This document shows, in pieces, positions 25,581 to 37,740 of a stretch of DNA of 64,000 nt (position 1 is its first letter; each line of letters starts with the position of its first letter). The DNA comes from Octopus vulgaris (Eukaryota): NCBI GenBank assembly GCA_951406725.2, contig OX597816.1:150970001-151034000 (forward strand), written 5' to 3'. A model generated the notes under the pieces. That model worked only from the letters and a program-made list of their open reading frames with translations, ran no database searches and had not been told where the DNA came from. The position numbers and the translations under genes were made by a program.

Positions 25581-27083
25581 TAAGTATATATTTAATTTCT
25601 TTCTTGACATAATAACAATGATGATGATGATGATGATGATGGTTTCAAATTTTAGCACAGGGCCAGCAGTTTGGTGGGAGAGGTTAAATTGATTATATCA
25701 ATCCCAGTATTGGACTAGTATTCATTTTATCATCCTCTGGCAGCATTTGAACTCAGAATATAAAATTGGAAGTTCAAATGCTGCCAGAGTCGACTCTGCC
25801 ATCTTTTCAGGGTTGATAAAATAAGAACCTGTTTGACACTGGAGTCGATATAATTGACTTAACCTCTTCCCTAAAATTGATGGCCTTGAGTCACACAGAA
25901 AAATTACAGAAAAGGGAGCAATAAATAAACCATATAGAGAAAATGGTGCAAACACACATCAGGAGTAGTGATAGAAAATTTCAGGAAGTATGGAAGTTTT
26001 GAAAGATACAATGTCCCAACAGCTAACAACTGCTGTTTTTAGTTTATTCCATGCTTCAACAGCTCTGAGCATGAAAAAATGGTTCTGAATTATGGGTGCT
26101 GCACTGTTTTTTTAATTTTATATGCATGTCCACATATGGTGTGAAGGCACGTGGCTCAGTGGTTAGAATATCTTCTCACAATCATGAGGTGGTGTGTTCG
26201 ATTCCCAGATCGGCCTGTGTGTTGTGTTCTTGAGCAAGACTCTTTATTTCACATTGCTCCAGTTAACAGATTCCAAGCTGTATTGGCCTTTGCCTTTCCC
26301 TTGGATAATATCAATGGCATGGAGAAGGGTGGCTGGTGTGCAAGGGTGACTGCTGGTATTCCATAAACAACCTTACTAAGACTTGTACCTTGGAGAGTAA
26401 CTTTCTAAGTGCAATCCCATAGTCATTCATGACTGAAGGGGTTTCTTTACCCTTTACCTACACATGGTAGAGGTAGTAAACTCAAAAAAGTGGTCAAAAT
26501 TGTTGTTGGAAAGATGATGGATGATCTGGTGGCTTTATATCAAGTCAGCTGCTAAGCAACACATTCAAAATATGGTAATTGACTGATGGAGGGTATTAGA
26601 ATAAATATAATATATATATACATGGACAGAGTTGTAGCTATACATTTAATAAGAATATATTTAGTTTTGTTGTGTACATAGGTAAGCAATAACTGATGAT
26701 TCATTAATGAGAGATGAAAGTAGTCAGTTTGACCTTCATTCCAAGTTGCTGAAAGCTCTGTTTCTTAACTACTCGGATTTTCAGAGCAAGACCAAATATA
26801 TATTAATTAAACATACAGGCTTGCTGATACAAACAGAAGAAATAGAACTTAATTTGCAAAGTAGAGTATATATACATTTACATTTATTTATTTATTTATT
26901 TATTAGCTGTATCAGTTTATAAGTACCATACACAAAACTCAAGACATTTGAGTCACTTATGTAGCATTTCCACTTAATGTAAAGATAAGACTTTGTATGA
27001 TATATACTTATAACCTATACTATATTTGTACTTAATCATTAGGTCTTTTGAAATTGATGTACTTTGTATGGTATTTATTTCAG

Positions 27084-27157
27084 AATTCGTTATCCTCCAT
27101 ATAATGAGCGAAACTATCGAAGATTGCAGTGGGTGCTCAGGAAATCTCTCAAAAGAG
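27084..27157 (+). CDS. ALDH3: ALDH3 exon (IRYPPYNERNYRRLQWVLRKSLKR)
   Basis: RYPPY C-terminal ALDH3 motif; CAG 27081-27083; putative GT donor at 27158 (or read-through to TAG 27202-27204). Confidence 0.9.
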
Positions 27158-28551
27158 GTATTTTATTTGATTTAATAATTTATTTTATTTGTTTTAATAT
27201 TTAGTTTTTTTTTAATGCTTCATTTGTTTTAGAGAGTACTGTTGTGTAGGACTAAACATAAACATACACTTAATTTTACACACCTTAGATTACATTACTG
27301 TGAAGAGTAGGTACCGGGACATCACCGAAAACTAGCCGATATCATGCTTTAAGGAGTTATCTCCCATGCACTTAACACCATTGAACCAGGCGTAAAGTGC
27401 AGGTCCTTAAAAAACTCTTAGAGCTCAAGTGGTTTTTCATATGCATGTATGCACATCTGATGGCATTAAAAGCAAAAGTATCCTGCCTGACAGATAAAAT
27501 TCAACCCCCGTCCCTCCACAACTACTCTCCCACCAGGTCTCCGGTATAAAAGGTGGAGGTAGCTGTGTTGTATCCACATGCTGTATCTCCTTTTCTAATC
27601 AACTAACGAATCAGCTTATTTCAGATGAGCCAGTAAGAGAACCTCCACATGGTACTTCGATTTTCAAGAAAGTTGACTGAAGAGATTTCAACCGTTAAAC
27701 ATTGTCCTCATAATCATTTTAAATCTGCTTTCTATGCTGGTATAAGTTTGGATGGCTTATCACGATCTGAGTGAGCTCTATAGAATTATAGAACAGTTAA
27801 TCAAGGCCTTTAGCGAATTTTTTTGCTCAGAATTTTTACTATCTATCCTACATACATGCTTTTGCACCATCATGCATACATGCACATGAACACACACAAA
27901 TCCACACATGCATGTACACATATACACACACATGCATGCACGCATGAGCACACACACAATGAATGATTAGTAACATCTTAGATTAGTGAATCCCAACCTT
28001 TTGTGTGTTACTAAATTACTGATTAATTTTTACTGCTTTTACAAAAGTAATATCATATATGAAGACAAAAAACTCAATTACTAATTTTCTTTTTTAATCA
28101 CATATAGTACTACAGAATGATAAAGTTCTTGTATTGTTTCATAGTAGAAATGTACTTTTAAGAGTAAATTAATAATGTTATTCTGAAAAGTAATTGTAAT
28201 AAAGTACGTACTTTCCTTCTTTATCACACTCCTGAAATGTTATCTTGTACCCAAGGGGGTATTGCCACTGCAGTTTGGGAACCTCTGTCCTAGACCTTTC
28301 TCTTCTTATTGCTTCTTTTTTACAGAGCAGCATTATTTATTGGCATTTTAGAATACTGAGTTCATTTATTCATATTTTCATATGTGTTTACATTTTAGGG
28401 AATAAAGATATTCTTGCAAATTACAAAATACAAAATCAAAATTTTGTTTGTGGCTTGTAAGCTTAGATAAACAGAAAACTGTTTTATTTTGTTGTTAATG
28501 CTCAAAATGTTTATATTTTTTTTCTTTTTGTTTTCTTTTTTTTTTCTGCAG

Positions 28552-28559
28552 GACACTGA
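28552..28559 (+). CDS. ALDH3: Probable terminal ALDH3 exon (G-H-stop) followed by 3'UTR
   Basis: Very strong poly-T tract with TGCAG acceptor at 28547-28551; phase-1 join gives GGA CAC TGA. Confidence 0.55.
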
Positions 28560-30219
28560 TCATTAACAAGAACAGAAGCATAAATTCAAGAGGATCTATG
28601 TTAAGAATGAAATTTAATTTTTCAATGTTTAATAATCCTTTTAATTTATTAATCTGTTTTATCTATTTTCAAATCCCTATTGAGAGATTATTATAAGCTT
28701 CCTTCTATCAATTATTTTTATATACATGTAGTCCAAGAAAAATGTTTAGGGATTTTCAAGGCTCTTGTTGACTGAGACACAAGAACAAAGTCGGACGAAA
28801 TGCCGCTAGGCTAATTGTTCTGCTAACAAGTGATTGATGTTGAATTTGGATATTCTTCTGTTAATTTGTATCTTACTAGTAAATTGCAATACCATTTCTA
28901 CCAACTTTCGAATATAAATCCTGGCATATCAAATTCTTATAGAACAGAACAAAAGTAGTATTAAAATCAGATTCAGGACGTTTTATACAGAATGATTTAA
29001 GAGATTGTCATAAGAAAAGGGTTAAAATATATAATAGCTTTGATGGATTAAGGTGCTTGATACTAAAAATAAAAGCTTCAGGCCTTACCAAAGGCACTAT
29101 CTTATAAATCTGGACAAAGTATCTTGGTTCATTTCAGTTAGAAAAGAGATAGGATTACCTTGTAAAATACAAAAGAAACTAAAAAGTATCTATAAAATAC
29201 CTTATTACTATATTTTTCTCAAGCAATTCTTATCAACAACAAGGTTAATATTCAAGGTGTGCTACTAACACATTTCTACATTATTTTTATCTGGTCCATA
29301 TTTTTTATATTTTTATAAAGTATATTTCAAATGACAAAACATAACTTTTGTTGGTCTCATCTATCTTAATGGTTGAGGTGTACTTTTCTGCTAACCAAAT
29401 ATCATGGGCAGAAATTAAAGAGGCACATCCCTAAATCAATACATTTAATTAGTTTGAGAAATATTCAAGCTAGTAAATCTATTTAATCAGACTTGTAGGA
29501 GAAAAATCAATATTGGTTAATTAATTGACTATCATTTCAATGTACACTTTTATTTTATAAAACAATGTAAAAGATTATCTTACAATAATGTTCAACACAC
29601 CATGATTTAGCACCAGTAGTACACCACTGGTCAAACATGCCACCAGATAAGGATGAAGCAAAATGATTAGGAAAAGGTTAAAATTATACTGAAAAATTTC
29701 TCATTTCAAATGGTAGATATGATAACTTGCAAAAAGAATCTCCAGCCCTCATGCCGGTGGCACATAAAAGCACCCACTACACTCTCGGAGTGGTTGGCAT
29801 TAGGAAGGGCATCCAGCTGTAGAAACTCTGTCAGATCAGATTGGAGCCTGGTGCAGCCATCTGGTTTGCCAGTCCTCAGTCAAATCGTCCAACCCATGCT
29901 AGCATGGAAAGCGGACGTTAAACGATGATGATGATGATGATGTTTCACTTAGGCATAGCAATATTAATTAACCTGTTGTTAGGACTCAATATACTTATGC
30001 TTCAGAATAGAGTATTTGGCAATTACAGGGTGTAATATGAAATTAATGAAATGACAAAAGAACAGGAATTATATAATCAACTTCATTAGCTTACAACTGT
30101 TTCTGCTATAATAGGCAGTACACTCAGAGCTGAGTAATTATACTTCATCTTATAGTAGAAACAGTCGAAAGCTAATGAAGCTCATGATGTAATTCCTGTA
30201 CCCTTATCATTCCATTAAT

Positions 30220-30331
<112 letters not shown>

Positions 30332-30590
30332 CATTTATATATATATATATTTGCCAACTAAATGTAGTGGTCCTATAGAGGACGGTATTACTGTTGTTTA
30401 TATACATATTGTACATGTTAAACAGTTAATGATCCATGAATTCATTACTGAAAGCTTACACATACACAAAATGTGGGGCAGGGTGCACATGTAAAATTGT
30501 AAGTAATGTATCTGTGAATTATTTGCTGATTACTTAATTTTAAACTCTTCATGATAAATTGAGCAGCCTTTTCTTTTGTTAGTATATATG

Positions 30591-30635
<45 letters not shown>

Positions 30636-31279
30636 TTATATATGTAGACACATACACACTTACATATATACATGTAGAAGTAGTAAGGATAAATAAACAC
30701 AGTTAGACTTGAGACACATATGTATATGTCCCAAGCTTTACTACTACTACTACCATAGCAGCTTAATTTAGCCACTTTTGAAGCCCTGAGCCAGGCCCTG
30801 GATGAGGAATTAAGTTCACATTCGTTTGAGCATTATTCTGTGTTACGTATACTTTGCTCTCACTCACTCTATAAGTGTGTGTGTGTGTATGTGTGTGTGT
30901 GTGTGTGTGCATATATACATACATACACACATATATATATTTCAAATATTACAGTAGTATTTCAGTACAAAGTTTACCAAAAGGCACAGTAGAAGAGCCT
31001 AGAGGATAGTGTAAGAAAATATAGTGTAGGAAGTGGCATGACAACTGCTGTATACATATTAAAATAAATAATTTTTCCCCACACATAATTATATGAGCTT
31101 AAATCCACCACAGGAGTTTTGTTGTGTTTCTACATCACATCACTTTTCCTGACTGTTAGAAATAGATTTTCTATGAAAAGGTCAATGACATCAATGGAGC
31201 TGATCACCCATTGAAAGATACTTCTGATGACAAAAGGTCAAGTGATTAACTCAATTTATTCAGGCCAAATAAAAAAACA

Positions 31280-31830
31280 CTTATCATTTTTTAAATGTGC
31301 ACAGTGAATAGATAAGATCTAGAAATAAAACGTAATAAAAAGACAGGACTGCCAAGTGCTCACTTCTCTTTTTATTTTGCACTATATTCAAACTTATAAT
31401 CAACATATATTAATGTATTTCTTGATTAATTTCAGCTTTAATAATTAATTAACTATATATAGTTCAATACATCCATCGATATTTTAATATGAAATAATTG
31501 TAGATTAGCCTTCATTAATTTCCTTTTAATGTTCAATAGAGCCATCAAATTACAAAGAAATACATTAGCATGACTAGCGATTTTTATACTCGTTTTCTAA
31601 TTGTTACTAAAATGTATGTTAAATAAAATAATAGAATAACAATTTCGATATGTTTTGTGTCTTATTTCAATAACATATATTTGACACCAATAAGACTTGA
31701 GAAAAATAACAGGTCGCCTAAATGAACACATACCAGCAAGAAATTTGGAGTAACAACAACGCAAATCATCACCTTCAAATGAATAAACTCTATTACTTGT
31801 ATTGAGCCCTTTTTTCTGCTTATACATCCT
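31280..31830 (-). mobile_element. Possible highly decayed Penelope-like RT remnant
   Basis: Minus-strand YKQKKG (compare Y.Q..G) and LFLDLI (compare LPFLD) in the expected order; weak. Confidence 0.3.
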
Positions 31831-33616
31831 AATATGTGAGTGTGTGTATGTTGTGTGTGTGTGTATGTGTGTGTGTGAAAGAGAGAGAGAGAGAGGGAGG
31901 GAGAGAGACTAAGAGCATGTGTATATATAGTGCTAGTGGCATGAAAAAAGCACCCAATGCATGGTGTAAAATGGTTTGGATTAAGAAGGGCATTCAGCTA
32001 TAGAAAAATGCTAAAGCAAACACTGGAGCACAATGCAGTCCTTGAACCCATTGAGTCCTGTCAAACCATTCAACCCATGCCAGCATGGATTTTAAAGGAT
32101 AAGGTTGAAGGCAATCTTTATCTCCAACATAACTTCAATATTGTGCTAGAACATAGAATACTACATTATTTTGCTTTTGAGGACTTCTCATATGGACTCA
32201 TGGTGCATAAAAGCACTTGTATTTATATTGTTGACAGCCAAGAACCATTTGCACACACATATATAAGCTCTACCTCCCCCCCACCCATAACATCACCTTC
32301 TATCACTCAACTTCTCCAGTCTCTCCACTTATCATTCCACCTCTCTTCCACCACCACTACCTCTCAATCTCACAATCTTTCTCTCTCTCTCTCTCTCTTT
32401 CTCATATACTCATCATCTCCCAACCCCAAAAGCTCTTCAGTGACATCTACCACTCTTACCATCACTCATCTCTATTGCTACTACACATTTATTGTTATCA
32501 CACATTTTTATGGCTTATTTTACTATACAATTTCATTACCATCAGTTAACATGCAACTATCACTGTTTCACAATGCTCTCTCTCCTACCATCCTCTCACT
32601 CATATCGTTTTTTCCACCTTCTCATACTCTCCATCCTCTTAGTCATCACTCTCTTCTGTATTCACCCATAGGGTCAGTCATGCAGAACAAAGGCAACACA
32701 ATGTAGAGTAGAAAAGTCTTGCAAGGAACAAGGCAATGTCTCTTTCTTCTCTCTTACTCTTTCTCTTTCTTCTCCCTCTCTCATTCTCTGTCACTCTCTC
32801 TCCCCCTCAATGCTGGGACCAGGATAAACTGCACCCTGTACATTCAGAAACATGGTTGATGAACAAATGGAGACAATATAAAACTGAGAGGACTGCTTAG
32901 TCTTGGTAAGATATGACAACCTCACCAGAGGTGGTGCCATTATCAAATGCACTCCATACATCCTGTAAAGTGGTCAGTATTATGAACAACATCCAGCAAT
33001 AGAAAACAATACCAAAATAGAGACAAACAAGCAAAACACTATTCTCAGACTCATCTAGAAGGGCAATAACTCTAAATAAGAGGCTAACATGCCAGCATGG
33101 AAAGCAAATGCAGCAACATGATGATGGTTTTGGTGGTGATGGTGGCAATTATATATGTCAATAGTGCTTGTGCATGAGTTTATTACACCTGCATTCTGCT
33201 TCTCTTGGATTCAAGTCCACAGTTTCCATGCTCGTCTTACTCAACCAGGCATTGGAAAGTCCCTGCAGTGGCAATTGCACAACCTAAAATTTTAGGTTCA
33301 GTAATGCTTGCACAACACCTCACAGACTCTCTCCACCCTACTGACATGATCCAGACAAGCCAGTACCAATATGGGTCACAGGCTCAAGAATGTGGGAGTG
33401 CCATGATTTCAAATGCAAGCAAAAGATCCCTAAAATGTTCAATGTCATTCCCAGCATATCTGGTTTTATACTAGAGTAACCTTCTTCCAGAGACATACTT
33501 TAGCAAAAGCTGATGAGTGCCCCAGGCACAGTGGTCTCCCAGCATGCCAGATACCAAATATCTGAGGGCCCGTGCTATTGTTATATAATTGCTGAACTTA
33601 CACTAGGTCTATCTGT

Positions 33617-33649
<33 letters not shown>

Positions 33650-33756
33650 TCTGTAAACATAAACCCGAAAAAAGAAGCACACTCTAAGTTATGGAGCAGT
33701 ATATGTTCAAGTTAGATAAGGCCACTCGCTAGAGAGGTCTTTAGCCAGCAGGTTTT

Positions 33757-33817
33757 GGGATCTGATTATATGCCATAAAGCTAAACCCTTTAGGGATGTG
33801 AAACCTAAAGTAATCCC
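33757..33817 (+). ncRNA. Degenerate type-I hammerhead motif
   Basis: gggat-CTGATTA...GAAAC-ctaaa-GTA-atccc; perfect 5-bp stem I; G8 replaced by T. Confidence 0.5.
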
Positions 33818-34060
33818 ATAAACCGGCCTTATCTAACTTTAATTGCACACACACACACACACACAACAGTTCTCCACAGTTTCCATCAACTAAATTCCAT
33901 TCACAACATATTTGTCAACTTTCAAAAAAAAGATAATTATCTGAAATGTCTCACAGTGTGTTTGAACCCAGAATCACATGATAAAGATGTGAACTCTTTG
34001 ACCACACTACTTGTATGGATGTATTTATATTTAACTGCAATGTATTTTCAATGAGCAGTA

Positions 34061-34288
34061 TTAACTCCTTTGTTACCAACCCAGCTGAAACCAGCTCTGG
34101 CTCTGAGTACAAATGTCTTGTTTTCATAAGTTTTTAATTAAAATTTTCCACCAATCCTTAGTCACAATTTATGTTCCTAACACTAGCTGAATGATAACCA
34201 AGTTATTTTACTAAATTCTTTGTTATATTTAAAGTAATTGAAAGAAATACAGAGTATCTCAAAATAGATATAGTAAAAAAAGGGTTAA
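34061..34288. mobile_element. piggyBac-type MITE
   Basis: TTAA at both ends; termini resemble the CCCTTTCGTTAC TIR at 54816. Confidence 0.7.
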
Positions 34289-36608
34289 TAAAGAAAACTG
34301 AATGACACAAACGTTGACATGAATTGTGACTGGGTTTGGACTGGAAATGGGTTTGTAAGAGTTGTATGTTGTTGGGTTGTGTTATTAGTCTTAGAAGTTG
34401 AAGAACTTGAGTTGTCAAAGTAAATATAAGCAACTGGAAATTTTTAGCCCACATTCTTATACCACTGATTTTATCATTGGTTCTATGAATACAAATCTCA
34501 ATGGTTTATGAACACTAGGATGTGTGCAGGACATCAAATATCTTTCAACACACAGTGAAGGCTGTTAGTTATGTCATAGTAAATGATTACTGATGTGTTG
34601 AGTAATGAGACTTATTTACAGTACAGTCTATAATTCACTTAATCACTTGTTAATTCTTCTGATTTACTATTAATTCAATATATTGCTTAGGTATAAGGTG
34701 GCAAGCTGGCTGACTCATTAGCACACCAGACCAAATGCTTAGTGATATTTCCTCCATCTTTACTTTCTGAGTTCAAATTCCACCAAGGTCGACTTTACTT
34801 CACATTCTTTTGGGGTCTTTAAAATAAGCACCAGTCGACCACTGGGATGGATGTAATCGACTTATTCCCGCCTGCAAAACTGCTGGCTTGAGCTAAAATT
34901 TAAAGTCAGTATATTGCCTAGGTGCAAATGAGCATATTATTCTGAGTGTGAGATAAGCCATCAATAACAGCATTCTTTGTTAATTTAATGTTCTGGGTCT
35001 CAGAGTTAAACTGTTGGCAGTAGACTTTGTATGTTGGTTATTTGCTGATGGGAAAGTAGTGCATAAAACAGGAATTTGTGCTCAGTGTGCTCTATAAAAT
35101 TTTTTCCTTTCAATATGTAATAAAAAATATCATAAGGCAACATAAAAGCACCAATTGTGAATATAGCAGCAACTGAAATTTATCATGCTGATTAAACTTT
35201 TGTAATTGTTATTTTGACTGTAACTTTGACAGGAAGTGGTGAAATTTTGTGAAGGTCATACAGTGTTCAAGGAATATGAAATACTAGACATAAAAATAAA
35301 AAAATGTTTTATAGTGTTTGTAGCAAATTGGCATTTTTCTAATCATTGAAAAACTGTTGCAAGATGTTGAAGGGTTAGTCCTCCTCTGCCTCCTCAGCAT
35401 TGTCATGTGATTTATTGTTTGAAAAGTGATTTTTGTTTCATGGTTACTTGGGCAACGAGATTGAATACAGAAAATGTTTCAAATGGGAAAGCATTTGTGG
35501 ATCCCTATTTCTTGAATTGGGGTAGCTACAAAAATCTCATATTTAAGGGCTCATAAGCTTATCTTGATGAAATCAGCTGTAGACTTGAGATTTGCATTTC
35601 AATATACCTCACAAGGATGATTATAAGCTTTGGAAGAATGAGACTCTTAGTAGATTAGGTGGTCTTCAGTTCATGCTCAATTTATCTTAGATATTTTTTA
35701 TCAACAGAATCTAATTCTATGAGATGTCATATGTATCAGTCACCCAGGTCTTCTACTTGGACCAGCTGTTGATAGCACTGTCTATCAGATAATTTGATCT
35801 TGTTCAGTAGATCTTTCTTCAGTCATAGAAATTTCATGTCAATGGATTAAATATCAGAATCAAAATTCTTCTTACTGTGTCCAGAGAGTGGTGGTAAAGG
35901 GATTTCTGAGGTTATGATGTAAATGCATTCAGAATTTTATCAGGTTGAATAATGTTCCAGGAGTTAAAGTTGGGTAAGTTATTTTTATTTTTATTTTTTA
36001 AAAAAGCTTTTTGGTTTAGTCTAGAAGAAAAAGCTGTGCCTATGGTTTAAAAGTTCTTTCTAGATCTGTGAGATCAATGAGGTTAAAGTTTGAACTTTTA
36101 ATAATATTTAATGCAAAGAATGATTCTAGTACTATTTTCAGAAGACAGGTTGAATGTTATTGAATGGTTCATTGACTTCTTTTGGAAGATTTGGCAGTAA
36201 TGGATTTTGCTAAGTTTAAAAATGCTTGCAACAAACTTGGGATTAATGGGTTTGATAAATTTAATAGTTGTCTTTGAAGAATTTAGAGTTAATGATGTGT
36301 TAAATTTAAATTCAACTTTACTAACTATGCTGTTACATATATACATACACAAATACAGATATACCCAAGCTCACACACATGTCCTTGTGTTTAAGAAATG
36401 ACAACATATACATGAATTGAGAGACAAGGTTGGTGAAAAAGGAATCAAATGTAATGTGACAGAAAAGATTGTGCTGGTATGGGCACATGACACAAATGAA
36501 GCATGACAGCAGCACAAGAAAAGATACAAAATGAAGTGCATCTGTGGAAGAGTGAGATCAAGAAAGACTTGGGATGGGATGGTGAAAAATGATCTCATGA
36601 CATTACAC

Positions 36609-36763
36609 TATCATTGTAACATCACAGATGACAGTATCACTGTAGCATGGTAACTGACAAAATCACTGTAGCATGATAAATGACAATATGACTGTAACAT
36701 GACAAATGATGGTATCACTGCAACATGACAGCTGACAATATCACTGTATAGAGACAGCTGGCA
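36609..36763. repeat. 26-bp minisatellite, ~6 diverged copies (tatcactgtaacatgacaaatgacaa)
   Basis: Period-26 alignment visible. Confidence 0.8.
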
Positions 36764-37544
36764 CTTTTTTCAGCCTTAACACCAACACAGCCACAAGTTT
36801 TGCTGAATCCTCAGCTCTTGACTCTACTATGAACATTCCACCTGTTTAATAATTATCTTAATCCACTTCCTCTATAACTTAAGCCAACTCTGCTATCACC
36901 AACACCAACACAGCTGAAACTAAAACAAGTATCAATCACAATACAAAGATGAAATATAACAAAAGTCAAGAGTAACCAGAACAAGTCCAATAATAACTAT
37001 AGATCCATATCAGATAGATTTTCTGCTGGATAATAATTTAGTTAATTTGCTGAGACACTGACTCACTTTAGTTTCCATTTAAGCAGGAACTGGAAATATA
37101 TGACAAATGATTCTCATCAGTAAATGATTTCTTATGGACTCATTTACTGTCCTAATGGAAACAAGTTCTAAGGGAAAACATCTTTAAAAAGTGAGATGAT
37201 TGGAAGTCTAATTTGCATGCTGACATTTCTTCTTCCAATAAATATGCAATTCAATTGTTTTGCTTCACTTTTCATATTTTGTGGAATAGTTGTTAAGCTA
37301 CTTTCCATTTGTTAAGATATATTGTAGTTGAATGTCCTGTGTTAGCTTCTAGACAATTATGAAGAACACCATTTTTCCAAAAGGATTTTCAACATGAAGT
37401 CAATAGGGAATTTTGCAATTGTTTCATTTGCAACAGTTCTACCATATAGGTGAATTTCCAGTTTGGGATAAACTTTAGCAGCTGAATTCACCAAAAACTT
37501 TCTTCTGTTGAATGATATGGCAGTTGGTTGCAGCAAATGCTAAA

Positions 37545-37740
37545 GGCGGTGAGCTGGCATAAACGTTAGCACGCTGGGCGAAATACTTAGCGGTATTTTG
37601 TCTGCCACTATGTTCTGAGTTCAAATTCTGCCGAGGTCGACTTTGCTTTTCATCCTTTCGGGGTCAATAAATTAAGTACCAGTTTGTCTATCCTAGTTTG
37701 TCCCCTCTGTGTGTAGCACCTTGTGGGCAGTAAAGAAATA
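37545..37740 (+). mobile_element. tRNA-derived SINE
   Basis: ggcggtgagctggc..gagttcaaattc B-box-like head; multiple copies in window. Confidence 0.8.

Noticed and set aside
27505-27565. Twister-ribozyme-like ccggtataaaaggtggagg
   Set aside because: Lacks the conserved GGUCCCAAGC and UAAC elements; the resemblance is partial and likely chance.
31957-32706. 249-aa ORF
   Set aside because: Runs through a repeat tail and a CT-rich low-complexity UTR with no domain.
36609-36763. Regular short repeats suggestive of CRISPR
   Set aside because: Contiguous diverged 26-bp tandem units with no unique spacers, no cas genes, and a eukaryotic context.
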